A model generated the notes under the pieces. The model was not told the DNA's origin, ran no database searches, and was given only the letters and a program-made list of their open reading frames with translations. The translations under genes and the position numbers were made by a program. A DNA stretch of 64,000 nt, taken from an uncultured Actinomycetes bacterium. GTDB lineage: Bacteria > Actinomycetota > Actinomycetes > Streptosporangiales > Streptosporangiaceae. The DNA lies in assembly GCA_963809975.1 (NCBI GenBank), contig CAWELT010000013.1, positions 56,140 through 120,139 on the forward strand. Direction: 5' to 3'. Every line of letters starts with the position of its first letter. Position 1 is the first letter of the stretch. Positions 21,922 to 31,057 of this stretch are shown here, in pieces.

Positions 21922-23619
21922 ATGAGCACACCTCTGGCGGCGCGCCATCGTCTCGCCGTGGCCGTGCTGACGGCCGTCCCGGCCGCGGCTTACCTCACCT
22001 ACGGCCTGGTGCAGTACGCGACCTTCCGCGTCGGCACCTTCGACCTGGTGATCTTTGATCAGGCGGTCCGCTCCTACGCGCACCTCCACCTGGGCGTGTC
22101 CCCGGTCAAGGGCGTTCAGGACGGTTTCGGTCCCGCCTTCTCGGTCCTCGGCGACCACTGGTCACCGGTCATCGCGGTCCTTGCCCCGCTGTACTGGATC
22201 TATGACGGCCCGCAGGACCTGCTCGTGGCCCAGGGCGTGCTGTTCGCGCTGGCCGTTCCGCCGCTGTGGTCGTTCACCCGCCGGATCTGCGCCGCCCCCC
22301 TCTCCGGCGCTCCGGCCCCTGGCCCTCCCGCCGCCCCGGCTTCCCGCCGGCCCGTCGTTGCGGCCTACCTCGTGGCCGCCGCCTACGCGCTGAGCTGGCC
22401 CATCGCCGCAGCGTTGGCCACCGGGTTCCATGAGGTCGCCTTCGTGCCCGTGCTCACCGCCGTCTTTTTCGAGCGCCTCGCCGCCGGGCGGATCCGCGCC
22501 GCCGTGGCCGCCGCGCTCGCCCTGCTGCTGGTCAAGGAGGACATGGGGCTGCTCGTCGCGGGGTTCGGGCTCTTCGTGCTGGCCGCGCGCGGATCCCGGT
22601 TCTCCCGCTGGGCGCCCGGCCATCCGCTGGCCGGGCGCCACCGGGTCACGCTGGGCGCTGGGCTGCTGATCGGCGGGATCGCCGCCACGCTGCTGGCCAC
22701 CTACGTCCTGCGGCCGGCCTTCGGCGGCCGGGCCGGGTACTACTGGGCCTACTGGTCGCTGGGCGGCAACGCCCGCCTGGCCGCGGAACACGCCCTGCGG
22801 GACCCGCTGATGGCCGCGCGGCTCGCCATCACCCCGTCGGTCAAGCTGACCACGATGATGTGGCTCGGCGGGGTGCTGCTGTTCCTGCCGCTGCTGTCGC
22901 CGATCACGCTGGCCGCGCTCCCGCTGCTGGCCGAGCGGATGCTGGCCTCGTCGCAGCCGAACTGGTGGGGCATCACGTTCCAGTACAACGCGTTCGTCGA
23001 GATGGTGCTGGTGTGCGCCGCGGCCGACGGTGCGGCGCGGATCGCCGGCTGGGCGGCCCGCAGCGCCAGGACGGCCGAAGGCCGCGGGAGACCTGACCGC
23101 TGGGTGACCGGCCGCTGGGTGACCGGCCGCTGGGCAGCCGGGCGCTGGGGAGCCGGCCGCTGGCAGGTGGTCGTCACCGCGCTGGTCTGCGCCGCGGCCG
23201 TGGCGGTCCTGCCGCGGTTCGCGCTGGCGAGCCTGGCCACCCCGGGGTTCTATAGCCGTGACCGGCAGATGCAGGCGGAAGCGGCCGCCGACGCGGCCGT
23301 GCCGCGCGGGGTGACCGTGGACGCCGCCCAGATGCTCGGGCCGCAACTGTCCGGGCGGGACACGGTGCTGCTGTGGGGCCCGGCCGCGACGTCGGCGGCC
23401 TGGATCGTCGCCCAGGCGCACTACACCTACCCGTTCCGGAGCCTGCCCGGTCAGCGGGCGCAGATCGGGGACCTGGAACGCCGCGGATACCGGGTGGCCT
23501 TCCGCCGCGACGGGTACCTGGTGCTGCACCGGCCGCCCGGTATCCAGGTCGTGGCACGCGCGGACGCCCCGGGGCCGGGCGCCCGTGCATTAGCCTGGGG
23601 CGCATGTCGACCCTTGTGA
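21922..23619 (+). CDS. DUF2079-type polytopic membrane protein (putative glycosyltransferase-like)
   Basis: FDLVIFDQAVRSY, FSVLGDHWSPVIAVLAPLYW, many TM segments. Contains the 15-bp tandem repeat at 23098-23163. Confidence 0.8.
   Translation: MSTPLAARHRLAVAVLTAVPAAAYLTYGLVQYATFRVGTFDLVIFDQAVRSYAHLHLGVSPVKGVQDGFGPAFSVLGDHWSPVIAVLAPLYWIYDGPQDLLVAQGVLFALAVPPLWSFTRRICAAPLSGAPAPGPPAAPASRRPVVAAYLVAAAYALSWPIAAALATGFHEVAFVPVLTAVFFERLAAGRIRAAVAAALALLLVKEDMGLLVAGFGLFVLAARGSRFSRWAPGHPLAGRHRVTLGAGLLIGGIAATLLATYVLRPAFGGRAGYYWAYWSLGGNARLAAEHALRDPLMAARLAITPSVKLTTMMWLGGVLLFLPLLSPITLAALPLLAERMLASSQPNWWGITFQYNAFVEMVLVCAAADGAARIAGWAARSARTAEGRGRPDRWVTGRWVTGRWAAGRWGAGRWQVVVTALVCAAAVAVLPRFALASLATPGFYSRDRQMQAEAAADAAVPRGVTVDAAQMLGPQLSGRDTVLLWGPAATSAAWIVAQAHYTYPFRSLPGQRAQIGDLERRGYRVAFRRDGYLVLHRPPGIQVVARADAPGPGARALAWGACRPL
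23098..23163 (+). repeat. 15-bp tandem repeat x4.4 inside the DUF2079 gene, encoding RWVTG-RWVTG-RWAAG-RWGAG-RW
   Basis: Read directly: cgctgggtgaccggc cgctgggtgaccggc cgctgggcagccggg cgctggggagccggc cgctgg. Confidence 0.9.
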
Positions 23620-24500
23620 TAGCCCCTCCGGTCAGCGAGGCGCTGCACATCCCCAGCCCGTCGGTCAACGGCTTCCACATCGGCCCGCTGTTCATTCACG
23701 TGTACGCGCTGATGTACCTGGTCGGTATCGCGGTGGCCATCATCATGACGCGCCGCCGCTGGGCCGCGGCCGGCGGAGACCCCGAGCTGATCTGGGACGT
23801 CGCCATGTGGAGCGTGCCCGCCGGGATCATCGGCGGACGTATCTACTTCGACATCACCACGCCGATGGACATCCCGCACGTCTGGTACGGGGCGTTCGCC
23901 GTCTGGAGCGGCGGCCTCGGGATCTGGGGCGCGATCCCGGTCGCGGTCGCCGTCGGCATCTGGCGGACCCGCCGGGCCGGCGGCAACGTGCCGCTGATCA
24001 TGGACGCCGTCGCGCCCGCCCTGCTCGTCGCCCAGGGCCTCGGCCGGATCGGGAACTATTTCAACAAGGAACTGTTCGGCGGACCGACCAGCCTGCCCTG
24101 GGGGCTGCAGATCCCGCTCGCCTACCGGCCGCCCGGCTACACCGCCTTCGCCTTCTTCCAGCCGACGTTCCTGTACGAGCTGATCTGGGACGTGGCGCTG
24201 GCGCTGGCCCTGATCTGGCTCGGCCATCACCGCAGGATCTTCGCGCCCGGCCTGTTCGCCCTGTACGTGGCGGGCTATTCCGCGTTCCGGATCTTCGAGG
24301 AGTCGCTGCGCGTGGACTCCTCGAAGTACTTCCTCGGCCTCCGGCTGAACATGTACGTCGCGTGCGTCCTGACGGTGGCGGGACTGACCTGGTTCGTTCT
24401 CATCCAGCGCCATGGGCGGAAGCTGGCCGCGGCCGGGCAGGCCGCGCCGGAGCTGGCGGCGGGCGGCGCGCAGCCCACGTACGCCGGCGCCACCGAATGA
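23604..24500 (+). CDS. lgt: prolipoprotein diacylglyceryl transferase
   Basis: Starts at MSTLVIAPP (ATG 23604) inside ORF 23373..24500. HVYALMYLVGI, GGRIYF, WSGGLGIWG, GLGRIGNYFNKELFG. Confidence 0.9.
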   Translation: MSTLVIAPPVSEALHIPSPSVNGFHIGPLFIHVYALMYLVGIAVAIIMTRRRWAAAGGDPELIWDVAMWSVPAGIIGGRIYFDITTPMDIPHVWYGAFAVWSGGLGIWGAIPVAVAVGIWRTRRAGGNVPLIMDAVAPALLVAQGLGRIGNYFNKELFGGPTSLPWGLQIPLAYRPPGYTAFAFFQPTFLYELIWDVALALALIWLGHHRRIFAPGLFALYVAGYSAFRIFEESLRVDSSKYFLGLRLNMYVACVLTVAGLTWFVLIQRHGRKLAAAGQAAPELAAGGAQPTYAGATE

Positions 24501-25039
24501 CGGGGCTCCCACCGGGGCCATCGTCCCCGGCGGTGCTGACGCCGTGGACGGCACGCCGGTCGCCGGAGACACGGCGCCGGACGCCGAGACGGCTCCGGCG
24601 GACGAAGCAAAGCGCCAGCGCGGACGCGACCGCAGATTAAGAGTAGGCTGCTCAGAGGCACTGTTTTTGAAAACTTGAGTCACGGAATGCTGTGACGTGA
24701 GGGAGCTGTACCGCAACCCGCGGTCGAAGCGCGTATGGATCTACGGGTCTGCCGACCCGTCGGGGCATCCGAGCGAAACATGGAGCAAACATCGGTGCGC
24801 ACTGGTCTAGACCACCGTATAGTCCATGGCCGGTAAAGGTATAGCTGGCCTGCGCGCGTGGTGATGATAGCCGCGCCCGCAGTCAGGCGGAACACAGTGA
24901 CGCGACTGATCCCTGCGGAGCAGCGCCCGGATTTGGATTCGGGGAACGGCTTCGGATATCCCGACGTGTGCCAGGCAAACTGGTGCAGCCTGCTGCCGAG
25001 GTGCTGAGGTGCACAGCCGGCCGTGCATCGTGCTCCGAA

Positions 25040-25390
25040 GGGGCGCGGTGTAGGTCAGCCGAGGGCGATGGCGGTGGAGAGTCTCGGCGATGACGGTGGC
25101 GATGGGGTAGCCGTAGAGGGTGAGGTTGCCGTCGGTAGTCGGGGTGTTCGATGGGCGCCGGGGGCGGGGGTGACGGGGTCGCCGAAGCTTGAGTCGGAGC
25201 ACAGTTCGGCGTGCGCGGCTGAGGGTGGCGTTCATGGCCAGGCGCAGGCCGTGGTATTCGCCGTCTCGGCGGATGAGGCACGGTGGTGAGGGTGCCGGGT
25301 TGAAGGTGACGCCGTTGTCGATGGCGGCGGGCGAGGTTGCGCAGGTCGTTGTAGATGCGGCGGCGGCGGCGTGCGGGCGGGGGCGGCCAT
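25040..25390 (-). pseudogene. AbiEii/AbiGii-type nucleotidyltransferase toxin remnant (internal deletions, frameshifts)
   Basis: Pieces in different frames: IYNDLRNLARR, then IDNGVTFNPAPSPPCLIRRDGEYHGLRLAMNATLSRAR, FGDPVTPAP, LTLYGYPIATVIAETLH. The N-terminal nucleotidyltransferase core between the first two pieces is missing. Confidence 0.55.
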
Positions 25391-25996
25391 CAGGCGAGCG
25401 ACCGCTTCGATGGCCGGGCGGATGGCAGGGCATCCCGCCGAGTTCGCGTGCCGCCCGTTGCAGGTCGGCGACGCCTTGCTGGCCCGTGCGGCGCAGGTAC
25501 CGGTGCCGCGGCAGCGAGCCTGCCTGCGCTGTCCGCCGGCCCGCATGGCGTCGACGGCCGCCCGGGCCGCGCTGTAGAGCGGAACCTGTCTCGCCGGGTG
25601 CCACCTCGAAGCGCTCGACCGCGAAGTCGAAGGTCCGGCGGCGTACTGGGAGACTTTTCGTCGGCGGGTAGCTGATGGAGGGACGGTGGGAGCCGCGGGG
25701 CACGGCGACGTGCACCTCGTGGGGGATGTCGTCGATCAGTTCGTGCAGGCCTCAGGGCGGTATTCTGCCGCACACCACCGCAGGGGGGGCCCTCGTGCAG
25801 ACGGCGAGCAGGTCGAGGTGCGCGGTGGGCTCGGCGTCGGCGCGCCGGTAGAACGCCGCGCGAGACTCGTCGATCTCGCCCTCCCGGAGCATCGCCAGGT
25901 CGCGCGGAGAAAGTGCGGCGGCGGACGCGCGCGCGCGGTGAACGTAGGCGGAAGGTCCGAGAGCCGCTGCGACAGGCGCTCATCAAAATCAGCCAT
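25380..25996 (-). pseudogene. AbiEi-type antitoxin remnant (several frameshifts)
   Basis: My translation from ATG 25996: MADFDERLSQRLSDLPPTFTARA.., LSPRDLAMLREGEIDE, FYRRADAEPTAHLDLLAVCTRAP, LHELIDDIPHEVHVAVPRGSHRP, VPLYSAARAAVDAMR, ADLQRAARELGG, IRPAIEAVARL. These are spread over all three frames. Confidence 0.55.
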
Positions 25997-26354
25997 GTAT
26001 GAAATCCTACCTTAAGGCTGAGCCTGGGTAGTTTTAAATGCACATCAGGTCGAGTTCGCCTGTGCCGCCCGAATACTCGATCGGCTCACTGACCTGCGCT
26101 TTCGCTGGCGCGGCTCGTGTCGCGCCAGCGCTGGGGCTGAGGTCTTCCCGTAACGTCGGCGACGCTGCTGGCCTGGCGCCGCGGGCTGGCGGCGGGGAAG
26201 CACGATACGAGCAACGGTCGGCCCGGCCGCACCAGGCATCGCCCAGCGCGGATCCCCGACGGCTGGCTCCTGGCCGTTGCCGCATGTCTCGCGGTACTTC
26301 GCAACGTTCGGCGGCAGCGAAGCGCTTCCCTCCATCCCGGCTTCGACGGGCGGC

Positions 26355-26705
26355 TCACCCGACGGCTTTGTTGAACCGCTCGGCGCGGAACCCGGAATCG
26401 TCGCCGAGGTGGAAGTAGATGTGGCCCTCAGCGTGCCGTCGGGGTTGAGCGCGGCCCAGCCCGCGGCCGCTCACGTCGTCGCCCTCGTCGGAGCCTTGCC
26501 ATGAAAACTCGGCCCCCGGCTGGCCATCACGATCCGCGTCGCGGCAGTCGAGGTCCCCCGTCACCACGATGAAACCCGAAGCTGCCGAGGCCGTCCTCAC
26601 CGAACTCGATGAAGCCGGGCTGGACCAGGTCGTGATGGCCTCCTGATCCCAGTTGTCCATCTCTGTGATACGCCACCGGCCAATGATGCTCGCACTCTCG
26701 GACAT
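26355..26705 (-). pseudogene. conserved hypothetical protein (GRWRI-EMD-WDQ family), frame-disrupted
   Basis: MSESASIIGRWRITEMDNWDQEAI ... GFIVVTGDLDCRDADRDGQPGAEFSWQGSDEGDDVSGRG ... GHIYFHLGDDSGFRAERF. The missing pieces DLVQPGFIEFGEDGLGSFGF lie in the frame of ORF 26527..26865. Confidence 0.5.
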
Positions 26706-27149
26706 GCGATGAGACTAGCGGCCCGAGGGGCTGCCGCAGATGGGGCTTCCTGCTGCGCGTCAGATAGTTCGCAGCCCTCCAGGTGCCGTGCCTAAACGCG
26801 CTATTGCAAGCAGACGAGTGGCGAGGAGGAAGACGAGACGGAGACACACGAGAGCCGATCATCACCGGTACGCGGTTTGTATCGCAAGCCAGCTACCAGC
26901 ACGGACCGACTTCTCGGCACTCTCAACTGGAAACAGGTGTCCGGCGCCGACCCGAAGATGCTGCGTGGTACGAGGAATAGAGCTGGATGCCATGGGCAGT
27001 ACGCGCTCCGCGATTCACGAATATCGCCTGGTCGCGTAGGTTTTCGGCACCCACAGGTGGGGCATCGCTGCCGCTCCATGACGTCCGCGTGCTCGTGGTT
27101 ACGCCGGTCACAGCGCCGGTGAAACGCGGACGGGGACGCGAACGGACAC

Positions 27150-28089
27150 GGCCGCTCAGAACCCGGTAGGTTACGCCGGTCAGCCGTTCGGACTCCGCCC
27201 ACAGGCGGCGCTGCAGGTCCGCGTCGAGGGAACGGGTGGCCGACCGGCCGCGCTCTGGGTAGCCGGTCATGCCGGTCGGCCACCGGGGCCGTAATACTGG
27301 CCGCCGCGGGCCTCGGGATCGGTGGCGGCGCGCAAAATCGGCAGCGCGCCCATCGCGGCGCTCTGCGCGAACAGGGGCTCGACGAGCGGCGCCGCCGCCT
27401 GGCCGCGGCAGGTTCCGCGACAGCTCGGTCCGCGCGTACCCGGGATGGGCCGCCAGCGCCACCGTGGCCGCCCCCGCTTGCCCCGGGCGCTGCAGTTCGT
27501 ACGTGAACAGCAGGTTGGCCAGCTTGGACCGGCGGTAAGCGGCCGAGCGCTGGTACCCGTGCTCGAGGGACAGGTTGCCGAAGTCGATCCGGCCCCGGCG
27601 GTGCAGAAAACTGCTCACTCGTCACCACGCGGGAGCCGGCCACGGTGAGCATGCGGTCCAGGAGCAGGCCGGTCAGCGCGAACGGGCCGAGGTGGTTCAC
27701 GCCGAGCTGGCGCTCGAACCCGTCCTCGGTCCGGCCGTAGGGCGTCATCATCACCCCGGCGTTGTTGATCAGCAGGTCGATGCGCTCGTAGGCGCTCCGC
27801 AGCGCATTGGCGACCGCCCGGACCGTGGCCAGGGAGGCCAGGTCCAGATGCGCCGCCGTCACCCTGGCCTCCGGTGAGGCGGTGAGGATCGGTCCGCCGC
27901 GGCCTCGGCCTTGGCCATGTCGCGGCACGCGAGCACCACCGTGGCACCGTGCGCCGCGAGCACCTGGGCGGCCTGGAACCCGATTCCGGTGTTGGAACCG
28001 GTGACGACGGCGATCCGGCCCGTCTGGGGCGGTACGTCGGCCGCGGTCCACCGGCCGGCCTTCCTGCTCAGCTGAGATGCCTGGCTCAT
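27150..28089 (-). pseudogene. short-chain dehydrogenase/reductase (retinol-dehydrogenase-like), at least 3 frameshifts
   Basis: The N-terminus GRIAVVTGSNTGIGFQAAQVLAAHGATVVLACRD is in ORF 27859..28089. IDLLINNAGVMMTPYGRTEDGFERQLGVNHLGPF is in ORF 26801..28051. YRRSKLANLLFTYEL and ALAAHPGYARTEL...LWAESERLTGVTY are in ORF 26923..27618. Confidence 0.75.
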
Positions 28090-28161
28090 GCCCGCTCCTG
28101 CCCGCTCCCGGCCCGGTTAGGCCCCATGAGGCCCGCGTGGCCGGTTATCGCCTGGTTCCGG

Positions 28162-29586
28162 TCAGGCGGAGACTTCGGCGCGCTCCGGCTCCGCCTGCCC
28201 GGTGCGGGCCCGCCACCAGGCCCGGCCGTGCTCCGGCAGGGTGTAGATCGGGTCGTAGTACGCGTACTCCCGGCCGATGGCCAGCACGTCGTCGGCCTCG
28301 ACGGCGGTGCGGTAGTTCTTCGTCCAGTACGAAATGCCCCGGTCCGTGTCGTACCGCGCGACCTGGTGTACCCAGCGCTTGCCGACGTACGGGACGTCGC
28401 AGACGACGCGCGGCGTGGCGAAACCCGGCAGGTACCCCATGATCTGGTGCTGCAGATCCTGGCCCTCGCTAAGGCTCAGCCGCCAGTGCTCGCTGCCGGG
28501 GATCATGTCGCACATGTAGAAGTAGTAGGGCATGATCTTGGCCTCGTCGAGCAGCGCGAAGCACAGGTCGAGCAGGGCCTCGGCGCTGTCATTGACCCCG
28601 CGCAGCAGCACGCCCTGGTTGCGGACGTCCCGGATGCCCGTGTCCAGCATCGCGCGCGCCGCCCGGGCCACCAGGGGAGTGACCGACTGCGCGGCGTTCA
28701 CGTGCGTGTGGATGGCCAGGCTCACGCCGCGGTCCGCCGCGCGCCCCGCCAGCCGTGCCATCCCGGCCCGGACCTCCCCGCTCAGCCAGTGCTGCGGCAG
28801 GCCCATCAGGGCCTTGCTGGCCAGCCGGATGTCGCGGATGCTTTCGATGTCGAGCAGCGCGGCCACGAACTCCTCCAGCCGGGGCCACGGCAGGTTGGCG
28901 ACGTCGCCGCCGGAAACGACCACGTCGCGCACGCCGGGGGTGCGGCGCAGGTAGGCGATCATGGCCCCGAGCCGGTCTGGCCGCGCCAGCTCGAACTTGT
29001 GCTTGCCGGCCGTGGGGGTGGGGTTGCCGACCAGGTCCATCCGGGTGCAGTGCCCGCAGTACTGCGGGCAGGTGGGCAGCACCTCGGCCAGCACCTTGGT
29101 CGGGTAGCGGTGGGTCAGGCCCTCCACCGCCCACATCTCCGCCTCGTGCAGCGAGTCACGCTGGGCGTACGGGTGCGACGGCCAGCCGGCCCGGCGGTCG
29201 CTGAACACCGGGATCATGTACCGGCGCACCGGGTCGCCGTAGAAGGCCTCAGTGAAGGCCTCGGTGAAGGCCGGGCCGCCGGAGGCGTCCGGCACCGCGT
29301 CCGGGGCCATCGTGTTGAGCATCTGCGGCGGCACCAGCATCGACATGGTGGCCCGGGCCCGCTGGTCCTGCTCCAGGTCGGCGAAGAACGCCTCGCTGAG
29401 GCCGCCCCCCGTCACCTGGCGCAACTGGCGCGCGTTCTTCACGCAGTGCGCCCGCTGCCACTGCGCGGACTCCCACTCGGCGGTACTTACGCCGGCCCAG
29501 CCGGGGAAACGCCGCCAGTCCGGTTCGGTGAGCTCCCGGCGCCGGTAGACATACGGCTGGTCGATCACGAGGGCCTCCCGGGTCAC
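28162..29586 (-). CDS. kamA: lysine 2,3-aminomutase (KamA-family radical SAM enzyme)
   Basis: 474-aa intact ORF: radical-SAM cluster CPQYCGHCTRM, VVVSGGDV, NQGVLLRGVND, PYYFYMCDMIPG. Confidence 0.9.
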   Translation of the reverse strand: MTREALVIDQPYVYRRRELTEPDWRRFPGWAGVSTAEWESAQWQRAHCVKNARQLRQVTGGGLSEAFFADLEQDQRARATMSMLVPPQMLNTMAPDAVPDASGGPAFTEAFTEAFYGDPVRRYMIPVFSDRRAGWPSHPYAQRDSLHEAEMWAVEGLTHRYPTKVLAEVLPTCPQYCGHCTRMDLVGNPTPTAGKHKFELARPDRLGAMIAYLRRTPGVRDVVVSGGDVANLPWPRLEEFVAALLDIESIRDIRLASKALMGLPQHWLSGEVRAGMARLAGRAADRGVSLAIHTHVNAAQSVTPLVARAARAMLDTGIRDVRNQGVLLRGVNDSAEALLDLCFALLDEAKIMPYYFYMCDMIPGSEHWRLSLSEGQDLQHQIMGYLPGFATPRVVCDVPYVGKRWVHQVARYDTDRGISYWTKNYRTAVEADDVLAIGREYAYYDPIYTLPEHGRAWWRARTGQAEPERAEVSA

Positions 29587-29731
29587 CGATCGTCGGATAA
29601 TAATCGCCTAGTATACGAGTATATTAAAGATGCTTTCGTCAAAGTAGTATCTGGCAGGAAAATTTCTTGTTACATGCGCGTCTCATACGGCTCACGCATG
29701 GTTGACCTACGGGGCCGGGAAGGATGATGGC
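29587..29731. promoter_or_regulatory. AT-rich divergent control region between kamA and kdd
   Basis: 145 bp far less GC-rich than its surroundings. It contains TAGTATAcgAGTATAttaaag ... aaagtAGTATctgg (three AGTAT(A) copies, GTATAC palindrome) and TTGACC 24 nt before the kdd ATG. Confidence 0.4.
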
Positions 29732-31057
29732 ATGACCAGTTCGCCGCTGGGACTGCACCGCGTCTGCGAGCCAGGGCCCGGTGAACCGGGGCCCCGTAAG
29801 CCAGGGCCCGGGGAGCCGGGGCCCGGTGATTCCGGCGGCGCCGTCCTGCCCCAGGCCGCGTGGCGGCTCGACCCCGATCCGCGGATCCGGCCCGACGAGG
29901 TCCGCGTCGACGTCGAGCGGCTTAACCTCGACGCCGCATCGTTCCGCCAGATCCGCGAGTCCACCGGCGGCGCCCCGGACGCGATGCGCGCAGCCGTGCT
30001 CGCGCACCATCAGCCAGCGCGGCAAGATGCACAACCCGGTGACCGGCTCGGGCGGCATGCTCACCGGCATCGTCGCCGAGGCGGGCCCGCAGTCCCCGCT
30101 CGGCCTGCGCGCCGGCCGCATCGCCACGCTGGTCTCGCTGAGCCTCACCCCGCTCGCGATCACCGACGGGCTCGCCCGCTGGGACGGCCAGTCGGAGCAG
30201 ATCCCGTGCGCGGGGCACGCCATCCTGTTCGCCCGGTCGATCGCGGTCCCGCTCCCCGATGACCTGCCCATGCCGCTCGCGCTGGCCGTCTTCGACGTCT
30301 GCGGCGCGCCCGCGCTGACCCAGCGCGTGGTTGCCGCCTACCGCGCGGGCCGCGGCTCGTCGACATGGTGGCGGGCGATGCGGTGGCGGGCGATGCGGCC
30401 GCGCGCCGCGGGCCGGCCGAAGCGCCCAGGCGCCCGGGGCTCGCGGAAGCGCGCGGGCGCCCGGGGCCCGTCGTCGCCATCCTCGGCGCGGCCGGGAAGA
30501 GCGGTTCGCTGTCGGCCGCGGCGGCCCGCGCGGCGGGAGCGGCCGCGATCATCGGCGTGGTGCCCTCCGCCGCCGAGGCGGCCCTCCTGCACGAATCCGG
30601 CCTCGCCGACGCGATCGTGCTGGCCGACGCGCGCGACCCGGTGGGCCTCGCGGACGCGGTCGCGGGCGCGGGCGGCCCGGCCGACGTCACGGTCGTGTGC
30701 GTGGACGTACCCGGCTGCGAGGGCGGCGCGATCCTGGCCACCGCCCCCGGCGGCACGGTCATCTTCTTCTCGATGGCCACGTCGTTCAGCGCCGCAGCCC
30801 TCGGCGCGGAGGGCATGGCCGCCGACGTGACCATGCTGATCGGCAACGGGTACGCGCCCGGTCACGCGGAGCTGGCACTGAACCTCATCCGCACCAACCC
30901 CGCCGTCCGCGGCCTGTTCGAACGCCGCGTCTTCCATGATCGCGGCGACTTTTCCGCACCTACTGCGGAAAAGTCGCTACGAAAGGCAGCGGAGCCCAGC
31001 GGGGACGGCGCAGCGGGGCGGGGAAGCACCGTGGGAGCAGGGAAGGAGGCGTCATGA
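29732..31057 (+). pseudogene. kdd: L-erythro-3,5-diaminohexanoate dehydrogenase, at least 2 frameshifts and two low-complexity insertions
   Basis: MTSSPLGLHRVCEP...AVLPQAAWRLD...VRVDVERLNLDAASFRQI (ORF 29702), then ISQRGKMHNPVTGSGGMLTGIV...CGAPALTQRVV (ORF 29781), then VVAILGAAGKSGSLS...MLIGNGYAPGHAELALNLIR (ORF 30365..31057). Shifts at about 30003 and within 30350-30470. Confidence 0.75.

Noticed and set aside
24501-24900. Searched for a tRNA gene, att-like direct repeats or an integrase at the left edge of the lower-GC patch. Also checked the rest of the window for tRNA/rRNA signatures such as GGTTCGAATCC T-loops.
   Set aside because: No cloverleaf-compatible sequence or T-loop consensus was found. 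The GGTTCGA-like hits at 44240 and 51810 lack acceptor and anticodon stems.
26040-26354. Possible remnant of a zinc-ribbon or transposase-like gene between the AbiEi remnant and the small hypothetical gene.
   Set aside because: All three minus frames are open but give only vague Arg/Cys-rich strings (…WCGRADRCSYRAS…). I could not align them to any family from memory.
27949-29727. Long ORFs antisense to real genes. Examples: 27949..29727 opposite kamA, 41030..43549 opposite ptrB, 13446..16178 opposite the mannosidase, 30862..32298 opposite kamD, 34069..35148 opposite ppm1, 56812..57945 opposite the antiporter.
   Set aside because: Arg/Pro/Gly-rich translations with no motifs. This is the usual stop-codon-poor antisense frame of high-GC DNA, and the opposite strand carries a fully recognisable protein.
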